From the UHGV virus genome UHGV-0277313: a DNA stretch of 64,000 bases; one strand, given 5' to 3'. The translations under genes were made by a program, and so were the position numbers. The notes beneath the pieces are model-generated. The model saw nothing but the letters and a program-made list of their open reading frames with translations, ran no database searches and had not been told where the DNA came from. How positions within the stretch are numbered: position 1 is the stretch's first letter; each line of letters opens with the position of its first letter. This document shows positions 18,460 to 26,987 of this stretch, one piece after another. Source of the stretch: a virus.

Positions 18460-21213
18460 TTACATAACACCTAACAATTCGTCTTGATCAGTTAAATCTT
18501 TTGCATGCTTGCACCATTGATTATTATACATTATTAAAGTTTTATCAATTCCTATCTTTGGGTTTTTTATAGGGAATTTATGATCTGGCGTGCATCTTAT
18601 GCTCTGTCCGTTTTCCAACTCTATTTCAACTAACTCATTTACTTCTTTAGTACATTCACAATTATTAATATTATTCCAAGTAAACGTCCCATCAAGTTCT
18701 CTAGTTTTTACTTTATATTGATTACAACTTTTTGCAATATCTTCTATTCTTATATTTCCACTATCTGTTACAACTTCTGTATCACCTGTTAAACAACCAA
18801 AGACACTGTAACCAATAATGTGATTAATATTTGAACCTACCGACAAGTATACATTGTTTGGAAACCTAATGCCATTGCCTTGACGACAGAATGGAACCGG
18901 ATCATTTGGCCCAAACGAATCGAAAGCCGTCATTTTACGAACTTCATGAAAACATGGCGAATTACGAATCATTTCCAATACAGGCTTTAATGCAGTATCC
19001 TGCGCTTGCTGCAATGTAACAGAAATCATCAATGCAGATAAAACAGTATCAGGTGCAATATTGAATAATTTATGAGGCGATCTTAAACAACATATACGAT
19101 AAAGTGCATAAATTAAACCTCTACGCGCAATAGTTGATTTTCCTGAATTGTGTAAAATAATTAAATTTCCTGAATCCGTTACTACAGCAAAATTGTGATA
19201 AACAGGGACTTCTATATCATAGACCGCACATTTTTTATCAAGATCCTGCACATTTTTAACAGTAACACTACCATTATTTGCACACAATATATCATTCTTT
19301 TTTAAATCTTTCGCTTCAACATAATGACCTGAACTCAATAGAAATCTATGATCGCTCGTACATTCTAACGTTGTTCCGTCAGATAAACTAACACTTAATA
19401 CCTTTCTATTCTTTCCAGTACAACGCGCATTAAAAGCTTTTGCTTTTACAAATACATTATTTTTAATGTCATACGATAAAACATTAAATTCATTATCTTC
19501 ACCTAAACTTGCTAAATTTTCAATGGACACTAGTTTGTTATCAGACAATATTTTTGTATCACCAGACAAACAACCAATACTTCCACGAAAAACACAATTA
19601 GAAGCATATACCCCACTGTTAATTGCAAAATTATGATTGCCACGAATACAAACGTTGAAAGTGGATTCGCTTTTTTCTAACAATTTTATACTAACAATTT
19701 TATGATTATATTTGATTTCAACTTTTGTGTTAATATCAAACTTATTGCACCAGGCCTTTAAAGTCTTTACTTTAATACAAGCATTACTTGCACATTCCTC
19801 TATAGTATAACCACAACTTAATATATACCTAACTTCTTCTTCAGTCACCTTTTTTAATAAATCTTTATGATTGATATTATAAAGTTTTAACTTATTGATG
19901 ATATAACATCTGGAACAATTTAATTTCCTTTCAACTTCTCTTAATGAAAAACTATTTTTTAAAGTTTCAATAAAACGCTCCTTTGATATATCTAACCTTG
20001 CTGAAGGATTATTTTTTAAGTTTTTTTCTCTTTGTTTTATTCTTAAATTTTCTTTTAATAATGCACCTTTTTCGCTATTCCAAAAAGCAACAGAAATTTT
20101 GGAAGCATAATTATCTTGCAAATTCCTCAATGACATACGTTTTGAAGCCAACTTATGTTGTTGTTCGTCTGCCCACCTGTTTGCTGAACCTTTTTTTAGT
20201 CTATTTTTTACAGAATCAACAACTTCTTTGACACCATTCTTATAAGCTTCGTTATACAATTTTAATTGTTTTCTTGCGAATTTTGTATGATAATCTAGAT
20301 GTGTCTTACTATCTAAATAAATTAAATTAGTTGGATTGTTATTGTATTTGTTACCATCTTTATGGTGTATGACTTCATAACGTACCCTTTCACCTCTATT
20401 CTTTACAGGTGCTTTATATTTTCTGCCATATTTCCACAATGCACTTAAACGATGTGTGTATTCTGAACTTGCAACAGAAATTTTTGAAGGTATGATTACT
20501 TTTTCATATGATTTCACACCTCTTGCAGTTTTGTCTTCAACAAACCTCTCAAAAGGCATTAATGAATCACCGACTTTTAAATCCTTTGTCAATACCCACT
20601 TATTATTTCTATTCAAAAATTTATGATTTTCAGTACACTTAAAAACTTTTCCATTATCTAAAGTTATTTCATAAACTCTCTTTTCACCACTATATTGAAT
20701 ACCTTCTATTTCACCGGGTTCGACAGAATGTTTTTGTTCGTTCCACGTGTATACATAACAACCTTCATAACCAAATAAACATAAATCTGCTACAGTTTTT
20801 ACAGAACCATCCATTAATGGAATTTCTACATCACCAGTAACACATTCAAAATATTGATTAGATGGATCAAATATTTTTGCTAAAATCTGTCGCCAATAAG
20901 GATAAATAATGGCATACGAATTGCCCATATATGCATCATCTTTCAAGAATTCTTGAATAGTTGGCATATGTTTTTTATAAAGCAAAACATCAAGCTGATT
21001 TAAAAACTGTTCCTGCCCTGTATAATACAAATAGAAACCCATTCTTTTTTCAAAATCAGGCAACTGTTCTAAACGTGAACCACGGGGAATTTGTTCTGAA
21101 TAAAACGAATAAATATCATTAAATTCTTTTGAATGTATCAAGTTAATAATGTTATCTTGATCTTCAACTGAATATACAGGAATTTGATAATTATTGTGTA
21201 AAATCTCAACCAT
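18460..21213 (-). CDS. terL: terminase large subunit, N-terminal precursor fragment: ATPase Walker A region interrupted by two inteins, ending in split-intein N-half (Int-N)
   Basis: Exteins YFE / CVFRGSIG / SGKSTIARRG...IIGYSVFG give P-loop GSIGSGKST and an ATPase domain aligning with T4 gp17; three Hint N-terminal blocks (CVTGDVEIP, CLSGDTKIL, CLTGDTEVV) with TxxH blocks. Confidence 0.8.
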   Translation of the reverse strand: MVEILHNNYQIPVYSVEDQDNIINLIHSKEFNDIYSFYSEQIPRGSRLEQLPDFEKRMGFYLYYTGQEQFLNQLDVLLYKKHMPTIQEFLKDDAYMGNSYAIIYPYWRQILAKIFDPSNQYFECVTGDVEIPLMDGSVKTVADLCLFGYEGCYVYTWNEQKHSVEPGEIEGIQYSGEKRVYEITLDNGKVFKCTENHKFLNRNNKWVLTKDLKVGDSLMPFERFVEDKTARGVKSYEKVIIPSKISVASSEYTHRLSALWKYGRKYKAPVKNRGERVRYEVIHHKDGNKYNNNPTNLIYLDSKTHLDYHTKFARKQLKLYNEAYKNGVKEVVDSVKNRLKKGSANRWADEQQHKLASKRMSLRNLQDNYASKISVAFWNSEKGALLKENLRIKQREKNLKNNPSARLDISKERFIETLKNSFSLREVERKLNCSRCYIINKLKLYNINHKDLLKKVTEEEVRYILSCGYTIEECASNACIKVKTLKAWCNKFDINTKVEIKYNHKIVSIKLLEKSESTFNVCIRGNHNFAINSGVYASNCVFRGSIGCLSGDTKILSDNKLVSIENLASLGEDNEFNVLSYDIKNNVFVKAKAFNARCTGKNRKVLSVSLSDGTTLECTSDHRFLLSSGHYVEAKDLKKNDILCANNGSVTVKNVQDLDKKCAVYDIEVPVYHNFAVVTDSGNLIILHNSGKSTIARRGLIYALYRICCLRSPHKLFNIAPDTVLSALMISVTLQQAQDTALKPVLEMIRNSPCFHEVRKMTAFDSFGPNDPVPFCRQGNGIRFPNNVYLSVGSNINHIIGYSVFGCLTGDTEVVTDSGNIRIEDIAKSCNQYKVKTRELDGTFTWNNINNCECTKEVNELVEIELENGQSIRCTPDHKFPIKNPKIGIDKTLIMYNNQWCKHAKDLTDQDELLGVM
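18463..18795 (-). mobile_element. split-intein N-terminal half (Int-N, 111 aa) of terminase intein 3
   Basis: CLTGDTEVV...IRCTPDHKF... ends at ORF stop without C-terminal HN block; complementary Int-C begins the next terL fragment. Confidence 0.75.
19147..19572 (-). mobile_element. intein 2 of terminase (142-aa mini-intein, no endonuclease domain)
   Basis: CLSGDTKIL...LECTSDHRF...VYHNFAVVTDSGNLIILHN then +1 Ser of SGKST. Confidence 0.75.
19597..20844 (-). mobile_element. intein 1 of terminase (416 aa, HNH-type endonuclease domain)
   Basis: CVTGDVEIP...FKCTENHKF...VIHHKDGNKYNNNPTNL...GNHNFAINSGVYASN then +1 Cys; codon positions checked against sequence. Confidence 0.75.
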
Positions 21214-21242
21214 TAGAAACCTATTAGAAAATTTTTAATGAA

Positions 21243-21962
21243 TTACTCTTCGTTCAATTTCTTCTTTTCTTCTGCTTTTATTTCATGAAAAGTTGCATCT
21301 AACATAGTTGCAATCTTTTCAGTTCCAGTTTGTATTTTTTCTTCTGGCTTGTATTCAACCTGACTTTGTCTTGGAACACCTATTTGACCCCAAACACCTG
21401 CCGCTTCCGCCATTTTAGTCATGCTGCTGACTGTTTTAGGTTCAAGTGATTTCATTACATTTTCATTATTACTATAAACATTTTGTTGTTGATTCAATTG
21501 ATTTTCAACATGATTATCATAAACATTATGTGTTGGACCTTGCATGTTGATATTGATACCACCGGACCGTGCGCCAAAAATTCTATCTAAATCAGCAACA
21601 CCTGCTTCATTAATAGCTCGATACATGTCAGTTAACTCTGCGGGCGTGCAAGAAACCATTACTTCATTAAAACGTGACAACAAATTTCGTTTCATATCTT
21701 CTGCAATCAACCCGTTTTGAAAACGATAATTCAAATATGTCTGCGAAATAAAATCAGTCATATTTTTTAAAGTTGATGCACTTTCTTTAGAATTGATCTC
21801 TTTTAAAGCATTTGCAAAATTTATTACTGACTTAAAAATTCCTAATGTATGTTTATTGCTTTCATCACGATTATAATCATCAGCACTAATCATACCTGAT
21901 GACCCACACCCTTTTACAGGAACCATATCTTCTTCAAAATCGTCATTGTAGTAATTGGCCAT
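21243..21962 (-). CDS. hypothetical protein; possible terminase small subunit by position (immediately upstream of terL)
   Basis: 239-aa ORF; position and weak resemblance of ELTDMYRAINEAG to T4 gp16 C-terminal region only. Confidence 0.3.
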   Translation of the reverse strand: MANYYNDDFEEDMVPVKGCGSSGMISADDYNRDESNKHTLGIFKSVINFANALKEINSKESASTLKNMTDFISQTYLNYRFQNGLIAEDMKRNLLSRFNEVMVSCTPAELTDMYRAINEAGVADLDRIFGARSGGININMQGPTHNVYDNHVENQLNQQQNVYSNNENVMKSLEPKTVSSMTKMAEAAGVWGQIGVPRQSQVEYKPEEKIQTGTEKIATMLDATFHEIKAEEKKKLNEE

Positions 21963-22363
21963 TATTTTAAATCCACAGCTTTTTGTAGCAAATACTTAAC
22001 GTTTATACCTTTTGCTTTCATTGATTTTATCCATTGTTTTGCTCTCTTTTTAATAGCCATTAAAGTCACTAAATCAACTTCATACGCTTGAATAAAATCT
22101 TTTTCAGACATTGGTTCAACATACAAATGATAAAGATACAATGAAGCCATTAACGAAGTTGACAACTCCATTGCAGTCGGAACCTTAAGACTTGCACCAC
22201 CTAAAACTGTTGCTAAACGTAGAAAATTTGCTGGGCCAATAACCGCACAAATAGCGGAAATAGAAGGGTACCCTTCTTCAGACAAAACAGATAATGCTAG
22301 ATACAAAAAACTGTTTTCACTATTCAGTACCTTTGCACACTTCTTCGTTGCTTTCGATGGCAT
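21962..22363 (-). CDS. hypothetical protein
   Basis: 133-aa ORF; stop overlaps downstream ATG (TAATG). Confidence 0.4.
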   Translation of the reverse strand: MPSKATKKCAKVLNSENSFLYLALSVLSEEGYPSISAICAVIGPANFLRLATVLGGASLKVPTAMELSTSLMASLYLYHLYVEPMSEKDFIQAYEVDLVTLMAIKKRAKQWIKSMKAKGINVKYLLQKAVDLK

Positions 22364-23063
22364 CTAGACGTCTCTCGATTCGTTTGACTGCATCTTTCAC
22401 GTTTGACTTTACAGCATTTAAAAGAAAATCGTTCTTTTGCATTTTGTAAAACAAACTTGAATAAATGTACTCTAAATCAAAAGAACCTAAAAACATTGAA
22501 ATAAAAACAAATATATTAAAATTTAACTTATCTTCAACAAAAAAGTTGTTCTCATACAACCTTTCCATTTCTCTGCAAACTAAATCATCAAAAATTAAAT
22601 ATTTGTTCTTATCATCTATTAAAGAATACACATAATCTAAATGTTCACTGATAGGTACTGTATATTTATCAAAGTCACATAATTTGCGACGATACTCATA
22701 AAGATTCAAATAATGTGATGCTCTTTTAACTTCATCACTCGACAATTTATCAACTAAAGTTTTATACGACTTTTTCTTCTTTTCTCTAGCTTTTAAAGAA
22801 AAACCTTGTCGTTGCCAATTTATTAGGAAATCTTCAACCATCTCTTCATCAAAACAAGGATATGGCAAACTTCCTTTTGAATAACAATACTCTTGAGTAA
22901 AGAATTCTTTCAATAAATCATGCAAGGAATTATAGTATACGTTAAAATCCTTGCTATCTTTTATATTTTCATAAATTTTATTTATTTTAACACATAAATC
23001 AGATTGTTTTAATTCTTGATTATGTTTAAAATCCCTCTTTTTTAAAGACATCTTTACTATCAA
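22320..23063 (-). CDS. hypothetical protein
   Basis: 247-aa ORF. Confidence 0.4.
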   Translation of the reverse strand: MIVKMSLKKRDFKHNQELKQSDLCVKINKIYENIKDSKDFNVYYNSLHDLLKEFFTQEYCYSKGSLPYPCFDEEMVEDFLINWQRQGFSLKAREKKKKSYKTLVDKLSSDEVKRASHYLNLYEYRRKLCDFDKYTVPISEHLDYVYSLIDDKNKYLIFDDLVCREMERLYENNFFVEDKLNFNIFVFISMFLGSFDLEYIYSSLFYKMQKNDFLLNAVKSNVKDAVKRIERRLDAIESNEEVCKGTE

Positions 23064-23338
23064 ATTTTATTTTTTCCAAATAACAAGAACCTTTTAAAAA
23101 TTTCTGGTGAAACATTGCCTGTGAAAATATCATCAATATACTGTGTATTATCAACAATTTTCAACATTTTATTCTCACGATCAATTTGCATAACGCCAAA
23201 CATTGTTTGATCATCATTATGAACAAGTATATTATTTAATGTTAACGCCATGTAGGAATCTAAAATAGATTTTACTAAATCTTCAGACAATTCAAAAGCG
23301 TTTGCTATTGTTTTTATTTTTTTCTCTTCTAACTGCAT
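23060..23338 (-). CDS. hypothetical protein
   Basis: 92-aa ORF. Confidence 0.35.
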   Translation of the reverse strand: MQLEEKKIKTIANAFELSEDLVKSILDSYMALTLNNILVHNDDQTMFGVMQIDRENKMLKIVDNTQYIDDIFTGNVSPEIFKRFLLFGKNKI

Positions 23339-25131
23339 TATGCATAATCCGAAACACTAACAACTGTACTTAAAAAATCTTTTGTGAACAAATGTTTGTA
23401 TTTACTCAACAAAAAATTAATATTATTATCAAGACAAAAAGTTGCTGCAACATCAGTTTCAGATCTAACTGAACGGCCGACACCTTGCAAAATCTGTAAA
23501 ACAGCATTATTGATATACCACTCTTCATCCAACTGTAAACGTCTAGCAACGACTTTATCAGCCAAACTCATATATGGTACTTTAATAAAGATTTGGAATT
23601 CAGACAAATCCCCCTTGAAATCGAAACCTTCAATTAAAGAAGGTGAAATCAAAACACTATTTTTTGACTTAATAAACTGTTCCAATACATGATTTTTACT
23701 TACCTGATCATGAATTAAAACTCTTTTACTGTTTTGCATATGATCACGTAAATAAATAGCGTTTTTAAATGATACTGAATGAATAATTCCCTTTTGATCT
23801 GGATACATATCCAAAATTGCATCACATGCTTCAGCAATTTTTGGCATATTTTCATCCATGTTTTTATATGACATCGAACAAATAGGCCACTTCACAAAAG
23901 GACGATTTTCAACTGGAAACGTTGCTGGAACATCAATAAATTCCACTTCGTCAAAAGGAATGCCTAAACTCTTTGCAAATCTTTCTGGATCGCCAATCGT
24001 TGCTGACATCATAACAACTTTATTTTTTGCAATCTTATTGAACAAATCAGTTGTTAACAATTCAATTGTTACAGGCTTTAATTCAAAACCTGTAATAGCA
24101 CCTCTCGCAGTTTTGTGATCCTGAACAACCCACTCCACTGAATTTCTTAAACGAATATAATCTTTAATTGTAGACAATAAATGTTTCAAGAAGTCACACT
24201 TCTTAATCATTTCCTTATATTCTTTATTTTGCAGTGCTTCGACTTCGTTCCCACCACAAAACTCACTAGTATACCTGTCTAAAGCATTTGACAAACTCAA
24301 GTAAAGGCTTCCAATATCTTTTGCAACCTTTTCAACGAATTCATTTACTTCATTGATGTTATTATAATCAATTTTTGTAATATCAATCTTTTTAAAATTA
24401 TATTTAAATCTTTTCAATGACTGCATGCAAATAGATAAAATCTCACTCTTAACCTCTTTACGCATGTTTTCTTTTAAATCATTAATAACCTGTAATGTAC
24501 TTTCCGTCATTTGAACAACAAATTCATCACGCAAAACAGATTCAATTGCCTGACATTCATCAACAATACACAAATCTTTTTGAATAAATGCATCAGTCCT
24601 CATAATCTTCAACAAATATGCAAAATTCGTTGCAGATACATTAGCACTCATCATACGACGTTTAGCTAATTGATACAAACACGTGCTATAACACGGCATT
24701 AAGGAAGGCCTTTTACTTTTCAAACATGAAGCTTCATTGCAAGGCTTATGATCCAAATTGCACAAATAATGACCACGACCTTTGCAAATTGGCATGTGTC
24801 GGTTAAAATCTCTAAAATATTGATCCAACAACAAGTTTTTTGAAGTCAATAGATATGCATCTTTAACAATATTTGAATAGTTATATTCATCTAAACAATT
24901 CATAACATGTTTTGCATAATCTGTTAGATACCTCGCAGCAACATATGCCATAATAGACTTCCCTGAACCTGTCGGAGCTTGAACAAACAAAAAACGCTTT
25001 GGTGAACTATGACAAAAATCAACAATCTGTTTAATCGTTTCTTCCTGATGTTTACGAAAACTAGGAAAAATATTATACTGTTGAAAATCGTACTGCTTCA
25101 TGATGTCGCCTTTAAAAACCTTTACAAACAT
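23338..25131 (-). CDS. ATP-dependent DNA helicase, DinG/XPD (Rad3) family with FeS cluster domain
   Basis: Motif I VQAPTGSGKS, motif II IVDECQAI, four-Cys cluster CKGRGHYLCNLDHKPCNEASC...C between them, motif VI LQGVGRSVRS. Confidence 0.65.
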   Translation of the reverse strand: MFVKVFKGDIMKQYDFQQYNIFPSFRKHQEETIKQIVDFCHSSPKRFLFVQAPTGSGKSIMAYVAARYLTDYAKHVMNCLDEYNYSNIVKDAYLLTSKNLLLDQYFRDFNRHMPICKGRGHYLCNLDHKPCNEASCLKSKRPSLMPCYSTCLYQLAKRRMMSANVSATNFAYLLKIMRTDAFIQKDLCIVDECQAIESVLRDEFVVQMTESTLQVINDLKENMRKEVKSEILSICMQSLKRFKYNFKKIDITKIDYNNINEVNEFVEKVAKDIGSLYLSLSNALDRYTSEFCGGNEVEALQNKEYKEMIKKCDFLKHLLSTIKDYIRLRNSVEWVVQDHKTARGAITGFELKPVTIELLTTDLFNKIAKNKVVMMSATIGDPERFAKSLGIPFDEVEFIDVPATFPVENRPFVKWPICSMSYKNMDENMPKIAEACDAILDMYPDQKGIIHSVSFKNAIYLRDHMQNSKRVLIHDQVSKNHVLEQFIKSKNSVLISPSLIEGFDFKGDLSEFQIFIKVPYMSLADKVVARRLQLDEEWYINNAVLQILQGVGRSVRSETDVAATFCLDNNINFLLSKYKHLFTKDFLSTVVSVSDYA

Positions 25132-25193
25132 TTTAAAATCTGATATAACTTATCATTAATAATAAAAGATGTCAATAGCTATTTAGGTTAACA

Positions 25194-25973
25194 ATGAAAA
25201 TTCAGATTTTTTCCGACGTACATGCGGACATAAATAAAATACAATCACCTTCAGAAATTTTAGACACATCTGAAAAGGTTGATCTTTTTATTGACGCTGG
25301 CGATACTGGTAGTTTGCTCGCAACTAAAAGTTTCTATCAAAACCAATTTTGGAAAAACAAACAATCTGTTTTCATTGGTGGAAATCATTTATGTTATGGT
25401 GTTGATAAAACATTATCACAAGTTGAAGATGAACTTCGTAACGAATTTCATATAAACAACAATGTTACATTCTTACAAAACGAAGAAAAACATTTCGATG
25501 ACATTATTGTTTTAGGAACAACATTGTGGACAGATTTTAACGTCTTTAATAATAAACAATTTCACATGAAAGTATGCAACAAATCAATTAATGATTTTCG
25601 TTCTGTTTTATACACTGAAGACTCTTATTTGACACCTAAAAATGTCATAACATTACATAACTTGTCTAAAAAATATATACATAAACGTTTAATCAAGAAC
25701 CCAAACAAAAAATTCATAATAGTAACACATCATACACCCTCTTTAAGAAGTGCTGCTACTAAATATTTAAATGATCCTATTACTGCTGGATTCTGTAATG
25801 ATATGGAATCCTTTATAAAGGAACATAACAATATTCTATTATGGATTCATGGGCATGTTCACAATAATTGTTCATATTTTATTGATAAAACACCCGTTGT
25901 TTGTAATCCGTTAGGATATGTTAGATTTGGTGAAATGTCAGGTTTCTTAAATAATGCTATTTTAGAATTCTGA
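25194..25973 (+). CDS. calcineurin-like metallophosphoesterase
   Basis: MKIQIFSDVHAD, GDTG, GGNH, GHVHNN motifs typical of metallophosphoesterases. Confidence 0.65.
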   Translation: MKIQIFSDVHADINKIQSPSEILDTSEKVDLFIDAGDTGSLLATKSFYQNQFWKNKQSVFIGGNHLCYGVDKTLSQVEDELRNEFHINNNVTFLQNEEKHFDDIIVLGTTLWTDFNVFNNKQFHMKVCNKSINDFRSVLYTEDSYLTPKNVITLHNLSKKYIHKRLIKNPNKKFIIVTHHTPSLRSAATKYLNDPITAGFCNDMESFIKEHNNILLWIHGHVHNNCSYFIDKTPVVCNPLGYVRFGEMSGFLNNAILEF

Positions 25974-26012
25974 TTGTTGTTCTAGAATTTAGACTATTTA
26001 AAGGATTTCTAC

Positions 26013-26381
26013 ATGTCTGCTAAATTTAAACTAAAACGTTTTAATGTGTATAATGAACAAATGATGAATGCTTGGAAGAAATATAATTCTCAAAGCAACC
26101 TAATTGGTGAATCATTTTTAGTTAAAAAACGTAAATGGTTTAAAACAACTCTAGAAGAAAAAATCTTAACAGACTCATGGATTGAATGTTCATACAACGT
26201 TATTGATAAAAATAATGTTGTTACAAAAGTCAGTAATAAACGAATTCGTGAATTCGAAGATTTTGATAATCTTCTTAAATCCTTGCAACGAACTGTGATG
26301 ACAAAACCTGATTCAGTTATTCAAGACTTTTCTGTAAAGTGTAATTGCAGTTATATTGTAAAACAAGTTGACGATTTATGA
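26013..26381 (+). CDS. hypothetical protein
   Basis: 122-aa ORF on + strand island. Confidence 0.4.
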   Translation: MSAKFKLKRFNVYNEQMMNAWKKYNSQSNLIGESFLVKKRKWFKTTLEEKILTDSWIECSYNVIDKNNVVTKVSNKRIREFEDFDNLLKSLQRTVMTKPDSVIQDFSVKCNCSYIVKQVDDL

Positions 26382-26987
26382 TGTCAATTCATAAATTCTT
26401 TTTGCAAATTCATTCGCAGCAAAATATGCACGGCTTCCTTTACATGTTGATGATAATGTCAAGTTGACATTATCATCAACAATTACTCGATTTTTATCGA
26501 ATAAAAGGTTGAAATCTTTTCTAAACTCTTTTGAAATCAAATATTCTAAAATCATCAATGGCTTTAAATCCGTCAATATAAAATCAACATATAGGTTGAA
26601 CTCTCCGTGACCACAACAAGAACACGTTGTCGTTAAACCTTCAAGTTTGTTTAAACATTCAACAAGAAAAGACACCTCTTCATCTAATTCATCTATGTTA
26701 TTGTCACGATAAATATCAGCATCAATGATTTCGTTTGAATAGCACCAATCTACAACATTTAAATGATATTGTTCATTATTGAAAAATTTTTGTTCAACAG
26801 GTTTATTACTTTTCTCAAAAATAAAATTATCAGAATCTAGATTAAAATAGAAATTGCCATCAACACTAACATGATTGAATTTGGCTTCACATCTGGAAAT
26901 TGTTTTTCTTCCGACAACTTTACCACTTGCTAGAATATTGCCTTGCAAATCTTTTATTGTCAAAAAGTCAAAATTCAAACCAAACAT
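26376..26987 (-). CDS. hypothetical protein
   Basis: 203-aa ORF; CSCCGHGE motif. Confidence 0.4.
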   Translation of the reverse strand: MFGLNFDFLTIKDLQGNILASGKVVGRKTISRCEAKFNHVSVDGNFYFNLDSDNFIFEKSNKPVEQKFFNNEQYHLNVVDWCYSNEIIDADIYRDNNIDELDEEVSFLVECLNKLEGLTTTCSCCGHGEFNLYVDFILTDLKPLMILEYLISKEFRKDFNLLFDKNRVIVDDNVNLTLSSTCKGSRAYFAANEFAKRIYELTS

